Program-made: the position numbers and the translations under genes
Source: Deinococcota bacterium
GTDB lineage: Bacteria; Deinococcota; Deinococci; Deinococcales; Thermaceae
Direction: 5' to 3'
Assembly: GCA_041695225.1 (NCBI GenBank)
Contig: JBGFRI010000026.1
Span: 1-13,695 of the forward strand
Length of the DNA stretch: 13,695 nt
Shown here: piece after piece, positions 1 through 7,328 of the stretch
Position numbering within the stretch: the first letter of the stretch is position 1
Layout of the letters: each line of letters opens with the position of its first letter
Notes under the pieces: model-generated
Database searches by the model: none
The model's input: only the letters and a program-made list of their open reading frames with translations
Told to the model about the DNA's origin: nothing

Positions 1-90
1 TGGTTCAACCCAGCCGGTCATCCAGAACGTCCAAACCAAGCCTCATGCAATACTAATGGAAGGGAGGGAGTGTCGCTTAGACCAGGCCAG

Positions 91-120
91 AATTCTGTCT
101 TGACAGAGGGGTCCACCTCA
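91..120. mobile_element. Probable terminal inverted repeat of an IS3-family-like insertion sequence (element body lies to the left, mostly outside the window)
   Basis: The reverse complement reads TGAGGTGGACCCCTCTGTCAAGACAGAATT, a TG-start end resembling IS3-type termini. It ends exactly at 120, where a 5'-truncated PIN-family coding sequence begins. The partner IR and transposase are not visible. Confidence 0.5.
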
Positions 121-383
121 TACGAGGTACGTACCGTTCCTGAAATGGGCTGGGCCGGTGTCAAAAACGGAAAACTTTTGCGCTTAGCGGAGGGGCTGTT
201 TGATGTGATTCTCACTGCGGATCGAAACCTCGAGCCTCGCAGAACATAACAGCGCTCGAGCTAGGTATAATTGTGCTGGTAGCGCAAAGTAACGATATTG
301 ATGATTTGCGCCTGCTCATGCCACAGGTTCGGGAGGTGCTCGCAAAGATCAAAGCGGGCGAGGTCGTTCGTGTGGGCGCCTAA
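121..383 (+). pseudogene. DUF5615/Mut7-C-like PIN-domain toxin pseudogene, 5'-truncated and frameshifted
   Basis: Manual translation from 121 gives YEVRTVPEMGWAGVKNGKLLRLAEGLFDVILTADRNLE. After an apparent 1-nt deletion at ~238-240, the frame from 240 gives QNITALELGIIVLVAQSNDIDDLRLLMPQVREVLAKIKAGEVVRVGA* (TAA 381-383). The GW.G.KNG.LL and D..IT.D.NL motifs are typical of the family. The N-terminal M.ILLDE segment is missing. Confidence 0.8.
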
Positions 384-396
384 TGGCTAGTTAGCC
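378..396 (+). other. Collapsed attC-like junction (R''-like GCCTAAT overlapping the stop codon, R'-like GTTAGCC)
   Basis: GCCTAAT-GGCTA-GTTAGCC. GTTAGCC (390-396) is the exact reverse complement of GGCTAAC (897-903) at the far end of the TA pair. The inner attC arms are missing. Confidence 0.45.
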
Positions 397-410
397 ACAG
401 GCTCAGAATG

Positions 411-437
411 TGGTATGCTATCGCTAAGATTTTGGAG
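411..437 (+). promoter_or_regulatory. Extended -10 promoter (TG-G-TATGCT) and RBS (GGAG) for the TA operon
   Basis: TG at 411-412, TATGCT at 414-419, GGAG at 434-437, ATG at 445. Confidence 0.5.
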
Positions 438-444
438 ATGAACC

Positions 445-645
445 ATGATTACTGCGGAATCAGTTGAGCAAGCTGTAGAACAATTATCCCCAGCAGAACT
501 TGCCAAGTTCCGTCGCTGGTTCGCTCAATTCGACGCGGATGCTTGGGACGCGCAGATTGAAGCAGATGCGGCCGCTGGAAAGCTAGATGCTCTCGCCGAG
601 GAAGCGCTTGCTGAATACCGTAGTGGTCAGGCGCGCGAGATTTGA
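445..645 (+). CDS. Putative type II antitoxin (66 aa, acidic, helical; WD.QIE.D...GKLD.L.EEA motif)
   Basis: Has an RBS and an acidic composition. Its stop overlaps the TTG start of the downstream basic toxin-like gene (TTGA). Confidence 0.75.
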   Translation: MITAESVEQAVEQLSPAELAKFRRWFAQFDADAWDAQIEADAAAGKLDALAEEALAEYRSGQAREI

Positions 646-902
646 AACATGTTACTTCGCGCCGCTTCTGGCAGTGTTTTGAGGCGCTACCCGCAGACAT
701 TCAGGAGCTTGCACGTCGTAACTATGCTTTGCTCAAGCACAATCCAGCACATCCATCGCTTCAATTCAAGTCCGTCAGTTCAGGGCGCTTCAGGAGTATT
801 CGCGTGGGGCTGCATTATCGGGCACTCGGCGTACCAGTTTCTGAGGGTGTTCAGTGGTTCTGGATCGGAAGCCATGCCGAGTATGATCAGATTATTGGCT
901 AA
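642..902 (+). CDS. RelE/ParE/HigB-superfamily type II toxin (86 aa)
   Basis: Motifs F...F..LP..IQ, NP.HPSL.FK, S.RVG..YRALG and C-terminal WFWIGSHAEYD. It is translationally coupled to the upstream antitoxin. Confidence 0.8.
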   Translation: MKHVTSRRFWQCFEALPADIQELARRNYALLKHNPAHPSLQFKSVSSGRFRSIRVGLHYRALGVPVSEGVQWFWIGSHAEYDQIIG

Positions 903-962
903 CCCGTGGCCGCAGCGGATGGCGCTACGGGCTGCCACTGATACTGATACTGAGCATTAGCT
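897..962 (+). other. Degenerate integron attC-like recombination site
   Basis: GGCTAAC (897-903) overlaps the toxin stop. Inner arms are CAGCGG (913-918) and CCACTG (935-940) around GGCGCTACGG. The site closes with ATTAGCT (956-962, a G>A variant of GTTAGCT). It carries a 6-bp CTGATA duplication at 938-949. The next gene's RBS follows at once. Confidence 0.6.
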
Positions 963-972
963 AGGAGGAGCG

Positions 973-1233
973 ATGAACAGAAATCAACAAATTGCTGTCT
1001 GGGTCGGTGCGGGCGTTGTCCTGATCATGCTGCTTTTCCCACCATTTCACTTGCAGATTGAAGCCACAACTTTCAACATGGGCTACTCATTCATCCTCGA
1101 TCCGCCGAAGCATGAAGGCTTACCCCATATCACACCCACTGTGAATGTTGGGATGCTCCTCGTTCAGTGGGTTGGAACCTTATTATTGACAGCTCTGGCA
1201 TTTTTTGTGCTCAAGTCATCTGGGAGGTCGTGA
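973..1233 (+). CDS. Small hypothetical membrane protein with two hydrophobic helices (LLFPPF motif), probable cassette gene
   Basis: Strong RBS AGGAGGAG at 963-970 and two TM-like segments. It starts about 10 nt after the attC-like site, leaving no room for its own promoter. Confidence 0.75.
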   Translation: MNRNQQIAVWVGAGVVLIMLLFPPFHLQIEATTFNMGYSFILDPPKHEGLPHITPTVNVGMLLVQWVGTLLLTALAFFVLKSSGRS

Positions 1234-1896
1234 GTAGTCCAAGTCGCAACTGTACTTTTCTCTTCCAACCCAAGCGCGACATCGCAGACTCAATACCACC
1301 CTCTACCAGATCAAATACCGCCTCTGGTCTGATTATCTTCTTGCTGAGACAGCTAATCCAAAAGTCCTAGCTTTTCTATCAATCTTGCGTTGGCGAAAGT
1401 CCGTTAGACAGGCGTGGCCGGCATCATAAGTACACACAGAAAAGAAAGGGAAGTAGCGGTGGACATGGTAGCTTCAGTGCGTTTGGCTACTGTCCCGTGG
1501 CCTGCAGCTTTCCAGGTGTTCGGGCAAGGGCAGTTCAAGGGCAAAATTTTCCTCCTCTCGCTAATGGGTTATTCGGATATCTAAGACGCCTACGCGGTGG
1601 CGCAGATGATGCGAGAGGTGTTGTGTTGATCGATTTTAATCCTGCTGGGCTATCGTGTATCGTTGACCGAGGTGGGCTTCAACGATTCCCGATTTGGGTA
1701 ATATTAGACCTGCCCATTTCGTTCTGTTTTGACTGGGTTCGTGACTCCGGGCAGACAAGGATTTCAGCGTAATCTTATAGGCATCAACAATCTCTTCCAT
1801 TAGTAGTCAGGGGGATGTTAGCGGAATAAATCACCCGAGTTTTACATAACCAGGTTAAGGAGCTAGGGTAGTGTTCCGAGACTGATATCTACCAGG

Positions 1897-2714
1897 CTAA
1901 TGCGAGTACACCCACCGCCCCCCTAGCCTGCGCTCATATTTAACTATTTTCGTCCCACTCATATTTCCTTTGACCTCAATCCACCTGCCCCAATGCCCAC
2001 ACCGCTTAGGCTGAGGGTAGTAAGCTCCCCCTATTGTCAAACCCTCCATTAAAACCATCTCTTCGAAGCGCTTGTGAAAACGATCGGCACTTTCTTTGAA
2101 ACGAAGAATGGATCTCTCATGGGCCACAAAACTACCCCGTTCGCGCGAAGGGTTATTCATATCTGCGAACGGGGGTGTAAAATCCTCCCAAGACTTAGAA
2201 GTATCAGGGGGGGGGGAGTGACACCTAGTTGGTAGGAGAAAGTGAACACGGCTACTTGCTTGAATAAACCTTTCCCAGTCTTTTCTTTCTTTAGGAGTTT
2301 AATTGCAGGGTTATCTCCCATTTTGTATTCGTGACAAAAGGTTTCCCGCTCTCCACCCCACTGCTCCCAGGCTTTTGGTGGTCTAAAATTCGTGAGAAAA
2401 ACAGCCCTAAGTGAAGGTGAACGTCCCCTAAGCGTATACACAGAATCGATTTTCCCTCCTTCCCATGTGAAACCTGTTTCTTTAAGTAAATTTAGGAAGG
2501 GATCGACATCGTCGGTTAAAAGGATAAATGGTAGGGCAAGGGTCAGTTTGGATGCTTCGTATTCAGCTGTCCTAAACTTTGCTTCTTTTTCCACCTCATC
2601 TAAGTCTGGCCATTCGGCCCACATTTTCAGAAAGCCCAATGTGATAACTGAAATTGTCAGTAGCAAGGCCACGAACCAGTACCTCATATACAAATCATAT
2701 AACAGGTGGCTCAA
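1897..2714 (-). pseudogene. Hypothetical N-terminally membrane-anchored protein (~271-272 aa) split into two ORFs (2157-2714 and 1897-2160) by a frameshift at a C10 tract
   Basis: G10 at 2207-2216 on the + strand. With C8 or C11 the upstream frame continues without a stop as ...GVTPP(P)PDTSKSWEDFTPPFADMNNPSRERG... into the downstream ORF. The TTG start is uncertain. Confidence 0.65.
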
Positions 2715-2851
2715 ACGGTGTCTTCCATTGCCCTCGTTAGAGCAATCAGGCCTTTGTCATGACTTTATCAAGCTTTTGCTGTTTGGAGCAAGGCGAGAGG
2801 CGCTCTGTTGCTGTTGGTCAGAGAAATATACCAATACTTCTAGACTTTAGA

Positions 2852-3712
2852 CTAAACCAGCTTATCCAGCAGAATAAAAAACAGCATTCCCAGGCTCACC
2901 ACCACATTGGCCTGGAAGAAGGCTTGATCTACTTTGCTCAGGTCATCCGGTTTCACCAGTTTATGCTCGTACCAGAGCACCGCCCCCACCACAAAGACCC
3001 CCACAAAGTACAGCCAGCCTGCTCCGCTCAAAAAGCCCGTAAGCAGAAAGAAGGCAAAAGTAAGGGTGTGAGAGGCTCGAGCTATGCGCAGTGCAGTGGG
3101 GATGCCAAACCGGGCGGGGACACTATAGATACCATTCGCACGGTCGAATTTGAAGTCCTGGGTTGCATAGAGGATGTCGAAGCCGGCCAGCCAGAAAGCA
3201 GTACCGGCCCAAAGGGCAAACAAAGCCGGCTCGAAAGCGCCGGTGACGGCAATCCAGCCTCCGGCGGCGGCCGCCCCGATAGTCAGACCCAGCCAGAAGT
3301 GGCAAAGCCAGGTAAAGCGCTTGGTATAGCTGTAGCCGACCAGAAAAAACACCGCTACTGGCAGCAGTTGGGCCGTAAGGGTATTCAGGTTAAAGGCTGC
3401 CAGGCTCAAGAAGAGCAGTCCTACCACTGCCAGGGCCAGAACTTCACCAGGCTTTACCGCCCCCCGGGGCAGGTGTCGCCCAGCAGTGCGGGGGTTGGCG
3501 GCGTCTATGCGCTGGTCAATCAGGCGGTTGAGGGCCATGGCCCCGGTGCGGGCGCCTACCATCGCCACGGTAATCCAGCCTACTACCTCCCAGCCGGGCC
3601 AGCCCCTGGCGGCCAGTAGCATTCCGCCATAGGCAAAAGGGAGGGCGAACAGGGTGTGCTCGAAGCGAACTAGTTCAAGATAGGTCTTGAGCCGACTGGT
3701 TAGAGCAGCCAT
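2852..3712 (-). CDS. mqnP: UbiA-family prenyltransferase, MqnP-like (futalosine menaquinone pathway)
   Basis: Motifs [46 protein letters not shown] and [10 protein letters not shown]. Multi-pass hydrophobic protein. Confidence 0.88.
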   Translation of the reverse strand: MAALTSRLKTYLELVRFEHTLFALPFAYGGMLLAARGWPGWEVVGWITVAMVGARTGAMALNRLIDQRIDAANPRTAGRHLPRGAVKPGEVLALAVVGLLFLSLAAFNLNTLTAQLLPVAVFFLVGYSYTKRFTWLCHFWLGLTIGAAAAGGWIAVTGAFEPALFALWAGTAFWLAGFDILYATQDFKFDRANGIYSVPARFGIPTALRIARASHTLTFAFFLLTGFLSGAGWLYFVGVFVVGAVLWYEHKLVKPDDLSKVDQAFFQANVVVSLGMLFFILLDKLV

Positions 3713-3795
3713 ATATTTCCGTCATGAGTTTACCGTGTGAACCCTCGAGCATTGTGGCTAAGCGCTGTATTGTCTGGAGTTGGACAACCTGCTTC

Positions 3796-4632
3796 TTACT
3801 CGTCTCCTAAAGCTACTGGACGGCGCTTATCCGATACCCAGTCGCTCCAGGAGCCAGCGTACAGCCTGGCCGGCTTGCCAATTAGCTCCAGGGCCAACAG
3901 GTTTACGGTGGCTGATACGCCAGAACCGCAGTAAGCAACGATCTCACCGTCCAGCCCAGCAAAACGCTCGGCCTGGGCAGCGCCGGCTTTAAAGCGCCCC
4001 GAGGCCTCGAGGCTTTCCAGCCAGTTGAGGTTGATAGCGCCAGGAATGTGCCCTGCTACGGGGTCAATGGGCTCGAGCTCACCCCGGTAGCGCTCGGGGG
4101 TCCTGGAATCAATCAGGATGGTTCCAGCCGGGCGGTGGGCCACAGCGTCTGCATCCACCACCATCTGGGGCCTGGGGCTGACCTTGAAACTGGCGGGGGC
4201 ATACTGCGCGGCAATACTCGAGACCTCGTAACCCGCTTCTATCCAGGCCTTGATACCGCCGTCCAGCACGGCCACCTGGTCGTGGCCCAGCCAGCGCAGC
4301 AGCCACCACAGCCGGGGGGCAAACATCCCGCCTGCGGGGGGTTCGTCGTAGGCCACCACAAAATGCTCGTTACCGATGCCTGCGGCCCCCAGTTTCTTAG
4401 CCAGGTCGTCAGGCGCTGGCAAGGGGTGGCGGCCTCCCTGGCCACCCTGGCGCTTTGGGGACGAAAGGTCGGCCTCGAGGTCCAGAAAAGTGGCCCCTGG
4501 GATGTGCCGGTCCAGGTAGGCCAGTCTTCCGGCTTGGGGGTCTTGCAACGAGAAGCGGCAGTCAACCACCCGGAGCTCTTTAGCCCCAAGGTGTTGCTGT
4601 AACCATTCGACATTCACCAGAGGAGAAGGCAT
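3796..4632 (-). CDS. Tandem-rhodanese sulfurtransferase (SseA/TST family)
   Basis: HIPGA occurs twice, with GRHPLP, VLDGG, active-site YCGSGVSA and LYAGSWSDW. Confidence 0.92.
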   Translation of the reverse strand: MPSPLVNVEWLQQHLGAKELRVVDCRFSLQDPQAGRLAYLDRHIPGATFLDLEADLSSPKRQGGQGGRHPLPAPDDLAKKLGAAGIGNEHFVVAYDEPPAGGMFAPRLWWLLRWLGHDQVAVLDGGIKAWIEAGYEVSSIAAQYAPASFKVSPRPQMVVDADAVAHRPAGTILIDSRTPERYRGELEPIDPVAGHIPGAINLNWLESLEASGRFKAGAAQAERFAGLDGEIVAYCGSGVSATVNLLALELIGKPARLYAGSWSDWVSDKRRPVALGDE

Positions 4633-4638
4633 ATCTGT

Positions 4639-4647
4639 AGCCTAGCA
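4639..4647 (-). promoter_or_regulatory. Extended -10 (TG-C-TAGGCT) 6 nt upstream of ATG: leaderless promoter of the sulfurtransferase
   Basis: The minus strand reads TGC TAGGCT ACAGAT ATG, with no SD sequence. Confidence 0.6.
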
Positions 4648-4650
4648 AAC

Positions 4651-4702
4651 TCGAGGGTCTTGGGTCGAGGGTCGCGCTAAAGCGAGGGTCGAGGGGCATG
4701 GG
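4651..4702. repeat. Degenerate heptamer tandem repeats, TCGAGGG type
   Basis: TCGAGGG TCTTGGG TCGAGGG TCGCGCT aaa GCGAGGG TCGAGGG GCATGGG. Confidence 0.7.
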
Positions 4703-4773
4703 ATGGTTTTGCGACTCGTCACGGCATCGTAGAGGTGTTTGTACACTATCTTCGAGGGCAAACATGGTGTTTT

Positions 4774-4864
4774 GCGGTTGGCTCTTGACCATTTGCTATG
4801 GGCTATAGGCTAGTGAACATTAGCCCTCTGCGTTCAGCTTTTGGCCTTTAGCTTTCGGCCAAAC
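4774..4864. repeat. Phased 7-bp periodic tract (13 degenerate units, mostly GCNNNNN)
   Basis: GCGGTTG GCTCTTG ACCATTT GCTATGG GCTATAG GCTAGTG AACATTA GCCCTCT GCGTTCA GCTTTTG GCCTTTA GCTTTCG GCCAAAC. Eleven of 13 units start with GC. Confidence 0.65.
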
Positions 4865-4901
4865 ACAGACACATCCTATTGCCATCGTGTATTTTGTTGT
4901 C

Positions 4902-5882
4902 ATGCAGACTTTCAAGGCACTGGTGGTGGAAAAAGGCGACCCCTATACCGCGCAGATCCGGCAGGCTTCGGTGGATGAGCTGCCACAGGGCGATGTACTG
5001 GTGCGGGTGGTCTACAGCAGCCTCAACTACAAGGATGGCCTGGCCATTACTGGGGCCGGCAAGGTGATCAAGAGCTTCCCGATGGTTCCGGGAATTGATT
5101 TAGCCGGTACGGTGGTGGAGTCGGCCTCGCCGGACTACCAGCCGGGCGATCCGGTGGTTTTGACCGGCTGGGGGGTGGGCGAGCGACACTGGGGCGGGCT
5201 GGCTGGGCTGGCGCGGGTTCGTTCAGACTGGCTGGTTCCCCTGCCCGAAGGGCTTACCCTGCAACAGGCCATGGGCATCGGTACCGCGGGTTTTACCGCC
5301 GTGCTATGTGTGCTGGCGCTGGAGGCGCACGGGGCAGACCAGACCAAAGAAGTGCTGGTAACGGGTGCGGCAGGTGGGGTGGGCAGCCTGGCGGTCGCAA
5401 TTCTGGCCCAGCTGGGCTACCGGGTGGTCGCAGCTACGGGTCGGGCCAGCGAAGAAGCCTACTTGAAGTCGTTGGGAGCAAGCGAAATTCTGGATCGCAG
5501 TCTTCTGACCGCCCAGTCCAAACCCCTCGAGTCCGAACGTTTTGGCGGCGCAGTGGACACGGTGGGGGGCGCAGTCTTGGCAGGAGTGCTGCCGCGTATT
5601 GCCTACGGGGGCAGTGTGGCGGCCTGTGGCAACGCGGGTGGGGTGAAGCTCGAGACCACGGTGTTTCCCTTTATTCTGCGAGGGGTGAGCCTGCTGGGTA
5701 TTGATTCGGTGCTCTGCCCCAAAGAAAAACGCTTGCAGGCCTGGAACCGGCTGGCCCGCGACCTGCCCAAGCCCGCGCTTGAAGCCGTCATGCAGACCGT
5801 TGCCCTGGAAGAAGTGCCGGGGCTGGCCCAGGCCATCCTGCAAGGCCAGGTGCGGGGGCGGGTAGTGGTACGCCTGGCTTGA
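4902..5882 (+). CDS. acuI: MDR-family NADPH oxidoreductase, YhdH/AcuI (acryloyl-CoA reductase-like)
   Basis: Motifs YSSLNYKD, VPGIDLAG, GTAGFTA, VTGAAGGVGS and PFILRGVSLLGIDSV. Start moved to ATG 4902, which has TATTTT 6 nt upstream (4890-4895). Confidence 0.88.
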   Translation: MQTFKALVVEKGDPYTAQIRQASVDELPQGDVLVRVVYSSLNYKDGLAITGAGKVIKSFPMVPGIDLAGTVVESASPDYQPGDPVVLTGWGVGERHWGGLAGLARVRSDWLVPLPEGLTLQQAMGIGTAGFTAVLCVLALEAHGADQTKEVLVTGAAGGVGSLAVAILAQLGYRVVAATGRASEEAYLKSLGASEILDRSLLTAQSKPLESERFGGAVDTVGGAVLAGVLPRIAYGGSVAACGNAGGVKLETTVFPFILRGVSLLGIDSVLCPKEKRLQAWNRLARDLPKPALEAVMQTVALEEVPGLAQAILQGQVRGRVVVRLA

Positions 5883-6014
5883 GTAAGGAATACGGGGAAG
5901 GCAGTATTGGGCGATAAATCTGGCGCTGTCGGACTACCTGGCCTGCTGGGTTTCAACCCTCAACCAATTGCTCTCGGCGCTTACCCCTGGGCTTTGTGCT
6001 TATGATGTTGGGCG

Positions 6015-6656
6015 ATGTACAAGTATGGTCTGAGGGTTTACTACATCACCAAAGCCATAGCTAGAGTCTTACTTCAACTTCTGTTTGGCTTGCGGGTAGA
6101 AGGGGCCGAGAAAATCCCTCGGGCAGGTCCAGTGATAATCGCCTCCAACCATATCTCCATTATGGACCCGGTAGTCATGGGGTTGGCCTGTCCCCGGGTG
6201 GTCAGCTACATGTCCCGCGACGATGTGTTCAGGTATCCTTTTCTGTCCTGGCTGCTGCCGCGCCTGTACGCAATTCCAGTCTCGAGGGGAGCGGGCGATC
6301 TGGGCGCCATCAAGGCTGCCATCCGAACCCTGAAAAGCGGTGCGGCCTTCGGCATTTTTCCCGAAGGGCGACGTAGCCGCACGGGCGCTATCGAACCCTT
6401 CAAGACCGGCACTGCCGCTATTGCCCTGCGCACCAACGCTCCAATTGTGCCAGCCGCCATTATCGGCAGTGATAAAGCCTGGCCGCTGGGTAAGGGGCCA
6501 CGACTGCGACGGCCCATCCGGGTTGTATTCGGCGACCCCATTACGCTTATGCCCGGGAAGACTGACCACCAGACCTTGGAGGAGGTAACCCGCCAGCTCG
6601 AGGCCGCCGTCACCGCACTTTTGCCCGTTGAATATCATAGAAAGCCCATCGTTTAG
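6015..6656 (+). CDS. plsC: Lysophospholipid / 1-acyl-sn-glycerol-3-phosphate acyltransferase (PlsC family)
   Basis: NHISIMD (HX4D), IFPEGRRS, PFKTG and PIVP motifs. TATGAT at 6001-6006 lies upstream. Confidence 0.88.
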   Translation: MYKYGLRVYYITKAIARVLLQLLFGLRVEGAEKIPRAGPVIIASNHISIMDPVVMGLACPRVVSYMSRDDVFRYPFLSWLLPRLYAIPVSRGAGDLGAIKAAIRTLKSGAAFGIFPEGRRSRTGAIEPFKTGTAAIALRTNAPIVPAAIIGSDKAWPLGKGPRLRRPIRVVFGDPITLMPGKTDHQTLEEVTRQLEAAVTALLPVEYHRKPIV

Positions 6657-6700
6657 GCATTCTGTTCTTAACAAAACTATTCTAAGCACTGCACAGGTGC

Positions 6701-6755
6701 TTGCAATTTAGAGATAAGTTGTGCTACACTCCGTGCTGAAGGAAAATAAAGGAGG
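6701..6755 (+). promoter_or_regulatory. Sigma-A-type promoter and RBS of the HU gene
   Basis: TTGCAA (6701-6706), 18-nt spacer, TACACT (6725-6730) preceded by TG-C. GGAGG at 6751-6755. Confidence 0.65.
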
Positions 6756-6762
6756 TAATCAG

Positions 6763-7065
6763 ATGGCAAGGGGTGGATCCAAGAAAACCAAAACTAAAGC
6801 CGATCTAATTGACCAGGTAGCCACTGCTGCTGGCTTGAAGAAAAAGGATGCTAAAGCTGCCGTAGACGCTTTTCTGGGCAAAGTCGAAGACGCCCTCAAG
6901 GCCGGTAGCAAGGTGCAACTGACCGGCTTCGGCACCTTTGAGGTACGCAACCGCAAAGCCCGGACCGGCGTAAAGCCCGGTACTACCCAGAAAATCAAAA
7001 TCCCCGCTTCCAAGTATCCTGCTTTCAAACCCGGCAAAGCCCTCAAGGAAACCGTCAAGAAGTAA
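6763..7065 (+). CDS. hup: HU family nucleoid DNA-binding protein
   Basis: TKADLIDQVA, VQLTGFGTFEVRNRKARTGVKP and PAFKPGKALKE. The ATG at 6763 follows GGAGG. Confidence 0.95.
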   Translation: MARGGSKKTKTKADLIDQVATAAGLKKKDAKAAVDAFLGKVEDALKAGSKVQLTGFGTFEVRNRKARTGVKPGTTQKIKIPASKYPAFKPGKALKETVKK

Positions 7066-7082
7066 ACTCGCAGGCTCTTCTA

Positions 7083-7114
7083 ATAGGGAAGGCTCGGGCC
7101 TTCCCTATGGTTTT
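7083..7114 (+). terminator. Intrinsic terminator after hup
   Basis: Perfect 11-bp stem ATAGGGAAGGC-TCGG-GCCTTCCCTAT followed by GGTTTT. Confidence 0.8.
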
Positions 7115-7328
7115 GGGCTAGAAACTGTGCACATAAGATATTTGGTCTAGCGTAATTCTGCCACCACCCTACCAAGAAACTCGCTTGGGTGTTGTCGCCG
7201 CGGGTGCGCGGGACTCAAGGAAAACTTATTTGATCAAGCCGTTATACACTCACCTCGACCAGACGGTACCAGCAGGGATGGTGTCGCTTGTGCTACTCGG
7301 GCTAGACATCGGTAATTATTCCGCAACT

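Noticed and set aside
1351..1409. Possible third attC: AGCTAAT (complement of ATTAGCT at 956-962) ... GTTAGAC, 59 bp
   Set aside because: The inner arms do not pair (AAAGTCC occurs as a direct rather than inverted repeat), and it lies about 120 bp past the gene's stop. Likely chance.
1167..1772. Plus-strand ORFs 1167-1370 and 1497-1772
   Set aside because: No clear RBS and no protein-like motifs. The minus strand looks more like eroded coding sequence.
2759..3619. 286-aa plus-strand ORF
   Set aside because: Antisense shadow of mqnP with no recognisable motifs or RBS.
4651..4864. CRISPR array
   Set aside because: Units are 7 bp and tandem, with no 23-47 bp repeats separated by unique spacers.
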